A stretch of DNA of 64,000 nucleotides. It comes from Azolla caroliniana (taxonomy: Eukaryota > Plantae > Polypodiophyta). Location: contig JBHGNT010000023.1 in NCBI GenBank assembly GCA_043228905.1, forward strand, positions 248,001-312,000, given 5' to 3'. Below are positions 29,300-43,300 of the stretch, piece by piece (within the stretch, counting starts at the first letter, position 1; each line of letters starts with the position of its first letter). Both the position numbers and the translations under genes were made by a program. The notes under the pieces are model-generated. The model made no database searches. It saw only the letters and a program-made list of their open reading frames with translations, and was not told the origin of the DNA.

Positions 29300-32200
29300 A
29301 CAACACTAGCTAGGATATGGAATTAAAAAATCAAGATTTTGAAACTTGGGTCGAGAGACATGAAGAAATTAGTAACTTAGAGGAGGGAGTTGAGAAGAGC
29401 GCATGAGTAAATTAAAATGTTCATAGCTGGCTCGTGTGATATCGGATTTTAGTGTTCAAACATGCGAATCGAAGCTAACAACAGTAGCTACGATATGGAA
29501 TTAAAAAATCAAGATTTTGAAACTCAGGTCGACAAATATGAAGAAATTAGTAAATTAGAGGAGGGAGTTGAGAAGAGCGCGTGAGTAAATTAAAATGTTC
29601 ATAGCTGGCTCGTGTGATATCGGATTTTAGTGTTCAAACATGGGAATCGAATCTAACAACAGTAGCTAGGATATGGAATTAAAAAATCAAGATTTTGAAA
29701 CTCAGGTAGAGAGACATGAAGAAGTTAGTAAATTAGGGGAGGGAGTTGACAAGAGCGCGTGAGTAAATTAAAATGTTCATACCTGGCTCGTGTGATCCCG
29801 GATTTTTGTGTTCAAAGATGCCCATCGAAGCTAACAACAGTAGCTATGATATGGAATTAAAAAATCAAGATTTTGAAACTTGGGTCGAGAGACATGAGGA
29901 AATTAGTAAATTAGAGGAGGGAGCTAAGAAGAGCGCGTGAGTAAATTAAAATGTTCATAGCTGGCTCGTGTGATCCCGGATTTTTGTGTTCAACCATGCG
30001 AATCGAAGCTAACAACACTAGCTAGGATATGGATTTAAAAAATCAAGATTTTGAAATTCAGGTCGAGAGATATGAAGAAATTAGTAAATTAGAGGAGGGA
30101 GTTGAGAAGAGCGTATGAGTAAATTAAAATGTTCATAGCTGGCTCGTGTGATATCGGATTTTAGTGTTCAAACATGCGAATCGAAGCTACCAACACTAGC
30201 TATGATATGGAATTAAAACATCAAGATTTTGAAACTCAGGTCGAGAGACATGAAGAAATTAGTAAATTAGAGGAGGGAGCTAAGAAGACCGCGTGAGTAA
30301 ATTAAAATGTTCATACCTGGCTCGTGTGATCCCGGATTTTTGTGTTCAAAGATGCCCATCGAAGCTAACAACACTAGCTAGGATATGGAATTAAAAAATC
30401 AAGATTTTGAAACTCAGGTCGAGAAACATGAAGAAATTAGTAAACTAGAGGAGGGAGCTAGGAAGAGCGCGTGAGTAAATTAAAATGTTCATAGCTGGCT
30501 CGTGTGATATCGGATTCTAGTGTTCAAACATGCAAATCGAAGCTAACAATACTAGCTACGATATGGAATTAAAAAATCAAGATTTTGAAACTCAGGTCGA
30601 GAGACATGAAGAAATTAGTAAATTAGAGGAGGGTGTTGACAAGAGCGCGTGAGTAAATTAAAATGTTCATACCTGGCTCGTGTGATCCCGGATTTTTGTG
30701 TTCAAAGATGCCCATCGAAGCTAACAACACTAGCTAGGATTAGGGGAGGGAGTTGACAAGAGCGCGAGAGTAAATTAAAATATTCATAGCTAGCTCGTGT
30801 GATCCCGGATTTTTGTGTTCAACCATGCGAATCGAAGCTAACAACACTAGCTAGGATATGGAATTAAAAAAACAAGATTTTGAAACTCAGGTCGAGAGAT
30901 ATGAAGAAATTAGTAAATTAGAGGAGGGAGTTGAGAAGAGCGCATGAGTAAATTAAAATGTTCATAGCTGGATCGTGTGATATCGGATTTTAGTGTTCAA
31001 ACATGCGAATCGAAGCTACCAACACTAGCTATGATATGGAATTAAAACATCAAGATTTTGAAACTCAGGTCGAGAGACATGAAGAAATTAGTAAATTAGA
31101 GGAGGGAGCTAAGAAGAGCGCGTGAGTAAATTAAAATGTTCATAGCTGGCTCGTGTGATATCGGATTTTAGTGTTCAAACATGCGAATCGAATCTAACAA
31201 CAGTAGCTAGGATATGGAATTAAAAAATCAAGATTTTGAAACTCAGGTCCAGAGACATGAAGAAGTTAGTAAATTAGGGGAGGGAGTTGACAAGAGCGCG
31301 AGAGTAAATTAAAATGTTCATACCTGGCTCGTGTGATCCCGGATTTTTGTCTTCAAACATGGGAATCGAAGCTAACAACAGTAGCTAGGATATGGAATTA
31401 AAAAATCAAGATTTTGAAACTCAGGTCGACAGATATGAAGAAATTAGTAAATTAGAGGAGGGAGTTGAGAACAGCGTGTGAGTAAATTAAACTGTTCATA
31501 GCTGGCTCGTGTGATATCGGATGTTTGTGTTCAAAGATGCGAATCGAAGCTAACAACACTAGGTATAATATGGAATTAAAAAGTCAAGATTTTGAAACTT
31601 GGGTCGAGAGACATGGAGAAATTAGTATATTAGGGGAGGGAGTTGAGAAGAGCGCGTGAGTAAATTAAAATGTTCATAGCTGGCTCGTGTGATCCCGGAT
31701 TTTTGTGTTCAACCATGCGAATCGAAGCTAACAACACTAGCTAGGATATGGATTTAAAAAATCAAGATTTTGAAATTCAGGTCGAGAGATATGAAGAAAT
31801 TAGTAAATTAGAGGAGGGAGTTGAGAAGAGCGTATGAGTAAATTAAAATGTTCATAGCTGGCTCGTGTGATATCGGATTTTAGTGTTCAAACATGCGAAT
31901 CGAAGCTAACAACACTAGCTATGATATGAAATTAAAAAATCAAGATTTTGAAACTCAGGTCGAGAGACATGAAGAAATTAGTAAATTAGGGGAGGGAGTT
32001 GACAAGAGCGCGTGAGTAAATTAAAATGTTCATACCTGGCTCGTGTGATCCCGGATTTTTGTGTTCAAAGATGCCCATCGAAGCTAACAACACTAGCTAG
32101 GATATGGAATTAAAAAATCAAGATTTTGAAACTTGGGTCGAGAGACATGAAGAAATTAGTAACTTAGAGGAGGGAGTTGAGAAGAGCGCATGAGTAAATT

Positions 32201-35200
32201 AAAATGTTCATAGCTGGCTCGTGTGATATCGGATTTTAGTGTTCAAACATGCGAATCGAAGCTAACAACAGTAGCTACGATATGGAATTAAAAAATCAAG
32301 ATTTTGAAACTCAGGTCGACAAATATGAAGAAATTAGTAAATTAGAGGAGGGAGTTGAGAAGAGCGCGTGAGTAAATTAAAATGTTCATAGCTGGCTCGT
32401 GTGATATCGGATTTTAGTGTTCAAACATGGGAATCGAATCTAACAACAGTAGCTAGGATATGGAATTAAAAAATCAAGATTTTGAAACTCAGGTAGAGAG
32501 ACATGAAGAAGTTAGTAAATTAGGGGAGGGAGTTGACAAGAGCGCGTGAGTAAATTAAAATGTTCATACCTGGCTCGTGTGATCCCGGATTTTTGTGTTC
32601 AAAGATGCCCATCGAAGCTAACAACAGTAGCTATGATATGGAATTAAAAAATCAAGATTTTGAAACTTGGGTCGAGAGACATGAGGAAATTAGTAAATTA
32701 GAGGAGGGAGCTAAGAAGAGCGCGTGAGTAAATTAAAATGTTCATAGCTGGCTCGTGTGATCCCGGATTTTTGTGTTCAACCATGCGAATCGAAGCTAAC
32801 AACACTAGCTAGGATATGGATTTAAAAAATCAAGATTTTGAAATTCAGGTCGAGAGATATGAAGAAATTAGTAAATTAGAGGAGGGAGTTGAGAAGAGCG
32901 TATGAGTAAATTAAAATGTTCATAGCTGGCTCGTGTGATATCGGATTTTAGTGTTCAAACATGCGAATCGAAGCTACCAACACTAGCTATGATATGGAAT
33001 TAAAACATCAAGATTTTGAAACTCAGGTCGAGAGACATGAAGAAATTAGTAAATTAGAGGAGGGAGCTAAGAAGACCGCGTGAGTAAATTAAAATGTTCA
33101 TACCTGGCTCGTGTGATCCCGGATTTTTGTGTTCAAAGATGCCCATCGAAGCTAACAACACTAGCTAGGATATGGAATTAAAAAATCAAGATTTTGAAAC
33201 TTGGGTCGATAGACATGAAGAAATTAGTAACTTAGAGGAGGGAGTTGAGAAGAGCGCATGAGTAAATTAAAATGTTCATAGCTGGCTCGTGTGATATCGG
33301 ATTTTAGTGTTCAAACATGCGAATCGAAGCTAACAACAGTAGCTACGATATGGAATTAAAAAATCAAGATTTTGAAACTCAGGTCGACAAATATGAAGAA
33401 ATTAGTAAATTAGAGGAGGGTGTTGACAAGAGCGCGTGAGTAAATTAAAATGTTCATACCTGGCTCGTGTGATCCCGGATTTTTGTGTTCAAAGATGCCC
33501 ATCGAAGCTAACAACACTAGCTAGGATATGGAATTAAAAAATCAAGATTTTGAAACTTGGGTCGAGAGACATGAAGAAATTAGTAACTTAGAGGAGGGAG
33601 TTGAGAAGAGCGCATGAGTAAATTAAAATGTTCATAGCTGGCTCGTGTGATATCGGATTTTAGTGTTCAAACATGCGAATCGAAGCTAACAACAGTAGCT
33701 ACGATATGGAATTAAAAAATCAAGATTTTGAAACTCAGGTCGACAAATATGAAGAAATTAGTAAATTAGAGGAGGGAGTTGAGAAGAGCGCGTGAGTAAA
33801 TTAAAATGTTCATAGCTGGCTCGTGTGATATCGGATTTTAGTGTTCAAACATGGGAATCGAATCTAACAACAGTAGCTAGGATATGGAATTAAAAAATCA
33901 AGATTTTGAAACTCAGGTAGAGAGACATGAAGAAGTTAGTAAATTAGGGGAGGGAGTTGACAAGAGCGCGTGAGTAAATTAAAATGTTCATACCTGGCTC
34001 GTGTGATCCCGGATTTTTGTGTTCAAAGATGCCCATCGAAGCTAACAACAGTAGCTATGATATGGAATTAAAAAATCAAGATTTTGAAACTTGGGTCGAG
34101 AGACATGAGGAAATTAGTAAATTAGAGGAGGGAGCTAAGAAGAGCGCGTGAGTAAATTAAAATGTTCATAGCTGGCTCGTGTGATCCCGGATTTTTGTGT
34201 TCAACCATGCGAATCGAAGCTAACAACACTAGCTAGGATATGGATTTAAAAAATCAAGATTTTGAAATTCAGGTCGAGAGATATGAAGAAATTAGTAAAT
34301 TAGAGGAGGGAGTTGAGAAGAGCGTATGAGTAAATTAAAATGTTCATAGCTGGCTCGTGTGATATCGGATTTTAGTGTTCAAACATGCGAATCGAAGCTA
34401 CCAACACTAGCTATGATATGGAATTAAAACATCAAGATTTTGAAACTCAGGTCGAGAGACATGAAGAAATTAGTAAATTAGAGGAGGGAGCTAAGAAGAC
34501 CGCGTGAGTAAATTAAAATGTTCATACCTGGCTCGTGTGATCCCGGATTTTTGTGTTCAAAGATGCCCATCGAAGCTAACAACACTAGCTAGGATATGGA
34601 ATTAAAAAATCAAGATTTTGAAACTCAGGTCGAGAAACATGAAGAAATTAGTAAACTAGAGGAGGGAGCTAGGAAGAGCGCGTGAGTAAATTAAAATGTT
34701 CATAGCTGGCTCGTGTGATATCGGATTCTAGTGTTCAAACATGCAAATCGAAGCTAACAATACTAGCTACGATATGGAATTAAAAAATCAAGATTTTGAA
34801 ACTCAGGTCGAGAGACATGAAGAAATTAGTAAATTAGAGGAGGGTGTTGACAAGAGCGCGTGAGTAAATTAAAATGTTCATACCTGGCTCGTGTGATCCC
34901 GGATTTTTGTGTTCAAAGATGCCCATCGAAGCTAACAACACTAGCTAGGATTAGGGGAGGGAGTTGACAAGAGCGCGAGAGTAAATTAAAATATTCATAG
35001 CTAGCTCGTGTGATCCCGGATTTTTGTGTTCAACCATGCGAATCGAAGCTAACAACACTAGCTAGGATATGGAATTAAAAAAACAAGATTTTGAAACTCA
35101 GGTCGAGAGATATGAAGAAATTAGTAAATTAGAGGAGGGAGTTGAGAAGAGCGCATGAGTAAATTAAAATGTTCATAGCTGGATCGTGTGATATCGGATT

Positions 35201-38200
35201 TTAGTGTTCAAACATGCGAATCGAAGCTACCAACACTAGCTATGATATGGAATTAAAACATCAAGATTTTGAAACTCAGGTCGAGAGACATGAAGAAATT
35301 AGTAAATTAGAGGAGGGAGCTAAGAAGAGCGCGTGAGTAAATTAAAATGTTCATAGCTGGCTCGTGTGATATCGGATTTTAGTGTTCAAACATGCGAATC
35401 GAATCTAACAACAGTAGCTAGGATATGGAATTAAAAAATCAAGATTTTGAAACTCAGGTCCAGAGACATGAAGAAGTTAGTAAATTAGGGGAGGGAGTTG
35501 ACAAGAGCGCGAGAGTAAATTAAAATGTTCATACCTGGCTCGTGTGATCCCGGATTTTTGTCTTCAAACATGGGAATCGAAGCTAACAACAGTAGCTAGG
35601 ATATGGAATTAAAAAATCAAGATTTTGAAACTCAGGTCGACAGATATGAAGAAATTAGTAAATTAGAGGAGGGAGTTGAGAACAGCGTGTGAGTAAATTA
35701 AACTGTTCATAGCTGGCTCGTGTGATATCGGATGTTTGTGTTCAAAGATGCGAATCGAAGCTAACAACACTAGGTATAATATGGAATTAAAAAGTCAAGA
35801 TTTTGAAACTTGGGTCGAGAGACATGGAGAAATTAGTATATTAGGGGAGGGAGTTGAGAAGAGCGCGTGAGTAAATTAAAATGTTCATAGCTGGCTCGTG
35901 TGATCCCGGATTTTTGTGTTCAACCATGCGAATCGAAGCTAACAACACTAGCTAGGATATGGATTTAAAAAATCAAGATTTTGAAATTCAGGTCGAGAGA
36001 TATGAAGAAATTAGTAAATTAGAGGAGGGAGTTGAGAAGAGCGTATGAGTAAATTAAAATGTTCATAGCTGGCTCGTGTGATATCGGATTTTAGTGTTCA
36101 AACATGCGAATCGAAGCTAACAACACTAGCTATGATATGAAATTAAAAAATCAAGATTTTGAAACTCAGGTCGAGAGACATGAAGAAATTAGTAAATTAG
36201 GGGAGGGAGTTGACAAGAGCGCGTGAGTAAATTAAAATGTTCATACCTGGCTCGTGTGATCCCGGATTTTTGTGTTCAAAGATGCCCATCGAAGCTAACA
36301 ACACTAGCTAGGATATGGAATTAAAAAATCAAGATTTTGAAACTTGGGTCGAGAGACATGAAGAAATTAGTAACTTAGAGGAGGGAGTTGAGAAGAGCGC
36401 ATGAGTAAATTAAAATGTTCATAGCTGGCTCGTGTGATATCGGATTTTAGTGTTCAAACATGCGAATCGAAGCTAACAACAGTAGCTACGATATGGAATT
36501 AAAAAATCAAGATTTTGAAACTCAGGTCGACAAATATGAAGAAATTAGTAAATTAGAGGAGGGAGTTGAGAAGAGCGCGTGAGTAAATTAAAATGTTCAT
36601 AGCTGGCTCGTGTGATATCGGATTTTAGTGTTCAAACATGGGAATCGAATCTAACAACAGTAGCTAGGATATGGAATTAAAAAATCAAGATTATGAAACT
36701 CAGGTAGAGAGACATGAAGAAGTTAGTAAATTAGGGGAGGGAGTTGACAAGAGCGCGTGAGTAAATTAAAATGTTCATACCTGGCTCGTGTGATCCCGGA
36801 TTTTTGTGTTCAAAGATGCCCATCGAAGCTAACAACAGTAGCTATGATATGGAATTAAAAAATCAAGATTTTGAAACTTGGGTCGAGAGACATGAGGAAA
36901 TTAGTAAATTAGAGGAGGGAGCTAAGAAGAGCGCGTGAGTAAATTAAAATGTTCATAGCTGGCTCGTGTGATCCCGGATTTTTGTGTTCAACCATGCGAA
37001 TCGAAGCTAACAACACTAGCTAGGATATGGATTTAAAAAATCAAGATTTTGAAATTCAGGTCGAGAGATATGAAGAAATTAGTAAATTAGAGGAGGGAGT
37101 TGAGAAGAGCGTATGAGTAAATTAAAATGTTCATAGCTGGCTCGTGTGATATCGGATTTTAGTGTTCAAACATGCGAATCGAAGCTACCAACACTAGCTA
37201 TGATATGGAATTAAAACATCAAGATTTTGAAACTCAGGTCGAGAGACATGAAGAAATTAGTAAATTAGAGGAGGGAGCTAAGAAGACCGCGTGAGTAAAT
37301 TAAAATGTTCATACCTGGCTCGTGTGATCCCGGATTTTTGTGTTCAAAGATGCCCATCGAAGCTAACAACACTAGCTAGGATATGGAATTAAAAAATCAA
37401 GATTTTGAAACTCAGGTCGAGAAACATGAAGAAATTAGTAAACTAGAGGAGGGAGCTAGGAAGAGCGCGTGAGTAAATTAAAATGTTCATAGCTGGCTCG
37501 TGTGATATCGGATTCTAGTGTTCAAACATGCAAATCGAAGCTAACAATACTAGCTACGATATGGAATTAAAAAATCAAGATTTTGAAACTCAGGTCGAGA
37601 GACATGAAGAAATTAGTAAATTAGAGGAGGGTGTTGACAAGAGCGCGTGAGTAAATTAAAATGTTCATACCTGGCTCGTGTGATCCCGGATTTTTGTGTT
37701 CAAAGATGCCCATCGAAGCTAACAACACTAGCTAGGATTAGGGGAGGGAGTTGACAAGAGCGCGAGAGTAAATTAAAATATTCATAGCTAGCTCGTGTGA
37801 TCCCGGATTTTTGTGTTCAACCATGCGAATCGAAGCTAACAACACTAGCTAGGATATGGAATTAAAAAAACAAGATTTTGAAACTCAGGTCGAGAGATAT
37901 GAAGAAATTAGTAAATTAGAGGAGGGAGTTGAGAAGAGCGCATGAGTAAATTAAAATGTTCATAGCTGGATCGTGTGATATCGGATATTAGTGTTCAAAC
38001 ATGCGAATCGAAGCTACCAACACTAGCTATGATATGGAATTAAAACATCAAGATTTTGAAACTCAGGTCGAGAGACATGAAGAAATTAGTAAATTAGAGG
38101 AGGGAGCTAAGAAGAGCGCGTGAGTAAATTAAAATGTTCATAGCTGGCTCGTGTGATATCGGATTTTAGTGTTCAAACATGCGAATCGAATCTAACAACA

Positions 38201-38950
38201 GTAGCTAGGATATGGAATTAAAAAATCAAGATTTTGAAACTCAGGTCCAGAGACATGAAGAAGTTAGTAAATTAGGGGAGGGAGTTGACAAGAGCGCGAG
38301 AGTAAATTAAAATGTTCATACCTGGCTCGTGTGATCCCGGATTTTTGTCTTCAAACATGGGAATCGAAGCTAACAACAGTAGCTAGGATATGGAATTAAA
38401 AAATCAAGATTTTGAAACTCAGGTCGACAGATATGAAGAAATTAGTAAATTAGAGGAGGGAGTTGAGAACAGCGTGTGAGTAAATTAAACTGTTCATAGC
38501 TGGCTCGTGTGATATCGGATGTTTGTGTTCAAAGATGCGAATCGAAGCTAACAACACTAGGTATAATATGGAATTAAAAAGTCAAGATTTTGAAACTTGG
38601 GTCGAGAGACATGGAGAAATTAGTATATTAGGGGAGGGAGTTGAGAAGAGCGCGTGAGTAAATTAAAATGTTCATAGCTGGCTCGTGTGATCCCGGATTT
38701 TTGTGTTCAACCATGCGAATCGAAGGTAACAACACTAGCTAGGATATGGATTTAAAAAATCAAGATTTTGAAATTCAGGTCGAGAGATATGAAGAAATTA
38801 GTAAATTAGAGGAGGGAGTTGAGAAGAGCGTATGAGTAAATTAAAATGTTCATAGCTGGCTCGTGTGATATCGGATTTTAGTGTTCAAACATGCGAATCG
38901 AAGCTAACAACACTAGCTATGATATGAAATTAAAAAATCAAGATTTTGAA
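29300..38950 (+). repeat. 16-monomer HOR (2787 bp) marked by a 61-bp-deleted monomer; one unit expanded to 24 monomers (4211 bp)
   Basis: The deletion junction ctaggat|taggggaggg occurs at 30741, 34952 and 37739. Spacings are 4211 = 24x178-61 and 2787 = 16x178-61. Boundaries are approximate. Confidence 0.88.
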
Positions 38951-41900
38951 ACTCAGGTCGAGAGACATGAAGAAATTAGTAAATTAGGGGAGGGAGTTGA
39001 CAAGAGCGCGAGAGTAAATTAAAATATTCATAGCTAGCTCGTGTGATCCCGGATTTTTGTGTTCAACCATGCGAATCGAAGCTAACAACACTAGCTAAGA
39101 TATGGAATTAAAAAAACAAGATTTTGAAACTCAGGTCGAGAGATATGAAGAAATTAGTAAATTAGAGGAGGGAGTTGAGAAGAGCGCATGAGTAAATTAA
39201 AATGTTCATAGCTGGATCGTGTGATATCGGATTTTAGTGTTCAAACATGCGAATCGAAGCTACCAACACTAGCTATGATATGGAATTAAAACATCAAGAT
39301 TTTGAAACTCAGGTCGAGAGACATGAAGAAATTAGTAAATTAGAGGAGGGAGCTAAGAAGAGCGCGTGAGTAAATTAAAATGTTCATACCTGGCTCGTGT
39401 GATCCCGGATTTTTGTGTTCAAAGATGCACATCGAAGCTAACAACACTAGCTAGGATATGGAATTAAAAAATCAAGATTTTGAAACTTGGGTCGAGAGAC
39501 ATGAAGAAATTAGTAAATTAGAGGAGGGAGCTAGGAAGAGCGCGTGAGTAAATTAAAATGTTCATACATGGCTCGTGTGATATCGGATTTTAGTGTTCAA
39601 ACATGCAAATCGAAGCTAACAATACTAGCTACGATATGGAATTAAAAAATCAAGATTTTGAAACTCAGGTCGAGAGACATGAAGAAATTAGTAAATTAGA
39701 GGAGGGTGTTGACAAGAGTGCGTTAGTAAATTAAAATGTTCATACCTGGCTCGTGTGATCCCGGATTTTTGTGTTCAAAGATGCCCATCGAAGCTAACAA
39801 CACTAGCTAGGATATGGAATTAAAAAATCAAGATTTTGAAACTTGGGTCGAGAGACATGAAGAAATTAGTAAATTAGAGGAGGGAGTTGATACGAGCGCC
39901 TGAGTAAATTAAAATGTTCATAGCTGGCTCGTGTGATATCGGATTTTAGTGTTTAAACATGCGAATCGAAGCTAACAACAGTAGCTACGATATGGAATTA
40001 AAAAATCAAGATTTTGAAACTCAGGTCGACAAATATGAAGAAATTAGTAAATTAGAGGAGGGAGTTGAGAAGAGCGCGTGAGTAAATTAAAATGTTCATA
40101 GCTGGCTCGTGTGATATCGGATTTTAGTGTTCAAACATGGGAATCGAATCTAACAACAGTAGCTAGGATATGGAATTAAAAAATCAAGATTTTGAAACTC
40201 AGGTAGAGAGACATGAAGAAGTTAGTAAATTAGGGGAGGGAGTTGACAAGAGCGCGTGAGTAAATTAAAATGTTCATACCTGGCTCGTGTGATCCCGGAT
40301 TTTTGTGTTCAAAGATGCCCATCGAAGCTAACAACAGTAGCTATGATATGGAATTAAAAAATCAAGATTTTGAAACTTGGGTCGAGAGACATGAAGAAAT
40401 TAGTAAATTAGAGGAGGGAGCTAAGAAGAGCGCGTGAGTAAATTAAAATGTTCATAGCTGGCTCGTGTGATCCCGGATTTTTGTGTTCAACCATGCGAAT
40501 CGAAGCTAACAACACTAGCTAGGATATGGATTTAAAAAATCAAGATTTTGAAATTCAGGTCGAGAGATATGAAGAAATTAGTAAATTAGAGGAGGGAGTT
40601 GAGAAGAGCGTATGAGTAAATTAAAATGTTCATAGCTGGCTCGTGTGATATCGGATTTTAGTGTTCAAACATGCGAATCGAAGCTACCAACACTAGCTAT
40701 GATATGGAATTAAAACATCAAGATTTTGAAACTCAGGTCGAGAGACATGAAGAAATTAGTAAATTAGAGGAGGGAGCTAAGAAGACCGCGTGAGTAAATT
40801 AAAATGTTCATACCTGGCTCGTGTGATCCCGGATTTTTGTGTTCAAAGATGCCCATCGAAGCTAACAACACTAGCTAGGATATGGAATTAAAAAATCAAG
40901 ATTTTGAAACTCAGGTCGACAGATATGAAGAAATTAGTAAATTAGAGGAGGGAGTTGAGAACAGCGTGTGAGTAAATTAAACTGTTCATAGCTGGCTCGT
41001 GTGATATCGGATGTTTGTGTTCAAAGATGCGAATCGAAGCTAACAACACTAGGTATAATATGGAATTAAAAAGTCAAGATTTTGAAACTTGGGTCGAGAG
41101 ACATGGAGAAATTAGTATATTAGGAGAGGGAGTTGAGAAGAGCGCGTGAGTAAATTAAAATGTTCATAGCTGGCTCGTGTGATCCCGGATTTTTGTGTTC
41201 AACCATGCGAATCGAAGCTAACAACACTAGCTAGGATATGGATTTAAAAAATCAAGATTTTGAAATTCAGGTCGAGAGATATGAAGAAATTAGTAAATTA
41301 GAGGAGGGAGTTGAGAAGAGCGTATGAGTAAATTAAAATGTTCATAGCTGGCTCGTGTGATATCGGATTTTAGTGTTCAAACATGCGAATCGAAGCTAAC
41401 AACACTAGCTATGATATGAAATTAAAAAATCAAGATTTTGAAACTCAGGTCGAGAGACATGAAGAAATTAGTAAATTAGGGGAGGGAGTTGACAAGAGCG
41501 CGAGAGTAAATTAAAATATTCATAGCTAGCTCGTGTGATCCCGGATTTTTGTGTTCAACCATGCGAATCGAAGCTAACAACACTAGCTAAGATATGGAAT
41601 TAAAAAAACAAGATTTTGAAACTCAGGTCGAGAGATATGAAGAAATTAGTAAATTAGAGGAGGGAGTTGAGAAGAGCGCATGAGTAAATTAAAATGTTCA
41701 TAGCTGGATCGTGTGATATCGGATTTTAGTGTTCAAACATGCGAATCGAAGCTACCAACACTAGCTATGATATGGAATTAAAACATCAAGATTTTGAAAC
41801 TCAGGTCGAGAGACATGAAGAAATTAGTAAATTAGAGGAGGGAGCTAAGAAGAGCGCGTGAGTAAATTAAAATGTTCATACCTGGCTCGTGTGATCCCGG

Positions 41901-43300
41901 ATTTTTGTGTTCAAAGATGCCCATCGAAGCTAACAACACTAGCTAGGATATGGAATTAAAAAATCAAGATTTTGAAACTTGGGTCGAGAGACATGAAGAA
42001 ATTAGTAAATTAGAGGAGGGAGCTAGGAAGAGCGCGTGAGTAAATTAAAATGTTCATACATGGCTCGTGTGATATCGGATTTTAGTGTTCAAACATGCAA
42101 ATCGAAGCTAACAATACTAGCTACGATATGGAATTAAAAAATCAAGATTTTGAAACTCAGGTCGAGAGACATGAAGAAATTAGTAAATTAGAGGAGGGTG
42201 TTGACAAGAGTGCGTTAGTAAATTAAAATGTTCATACCTGGCTCGTGTGATCCCGGATTTTTGTGTTCAAAGATGCCCATCGAAGCTAACAACACTAGCT
42301 AGGATATGGAATTAAAAAATCAAGATTTTGAAACTTGGGTCGAGAGACATGAAGAAATTAGTAAATTAGAGGAGGGAGCTAGGAAGAGCGCGTGAGTAAA
42401 TTAAAATGTTCATACATGGCTCGTGTGATATCGGATTTTAGTGTTCAAACATGCAAATCGAAGCTAACAATACTAGCTACGATATGGAATTAAAAAATCA
42501 AGATTTTGAAACTCAGGTCGAGAGACATGAAGAAATTAGTAAATTAGAGGAGGGTGTTGACAAGAGTGCGTTAGTAAATTAAAATGTTCATACCTGGCTC
42601 GTGTGATCCCGGATTTTTGTGTTCAAAGATGCCCATCGAAGCTAACAACACTAGCTAGGATATGGAATTAAAAAATCAAGATTTTGAAACTTGGGTCGAG
42701 AGACATGAAGAAATTAGTAAATTAGAGGAGGGAGTTGATACGAGCGCGTGAGTAAATTAAAATGTTCATAGCTGGCTCGTGTGATATCGGATTTTAGTGT
42801 TTAAACATGCGAATCGAAGCTAACAACAGTAGCTACGATATGGAATTAAAAAATCAAGATTTTGAAACTCAGGTCGACAAATATGAAGAAATTAGTAAAT
42901 TAGAGGAGGGAGTTGAGAAGAGCGCGTGAGTAAATTAAAATGTTCATAGCTGGCTCGTGTGATATCGGATTTTAGTGTTCAAACATGGGAATCGAATCTA
43001 ACAACAGTAGCTAGGATATGGAATTAAAAAATCAAGATTTTGAAACTCAGGTAGAGAGACATGAAGAAGTTAGTAAATTAGGGGAGGGAGTTGACAAGAG
43101 CGCGTGAGTAAATTAAAATGTTCATACCTGGCTCGTGTGATCCCGGATTTTTGTGTTCAAAGATGCCCATCGAAGCTAACAACAGTAGCTATGATATGGA
43201 ATTAAAAAATCAAGATTTTGAAACTTGGGTCGAGAGACATGAGGAAATTAGTAAATTAGAGGAGGGAGCTAAGAAGAGCGCGTGAGTAAATTAAAATGTT
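38400..43300 (+). repeat. 14-monomer HOR (2492 bp) x2, second copy with an internal dimer duplication
   Basis: ctagctaagat occurs at 39091 and 41583 (offset 2492 = 14x178). The variant gagtgcgttagta occurs once in the first copy (~39720) and twice, 356 bp apart, in the second (~42210, ~42570). Confidence 0.8.
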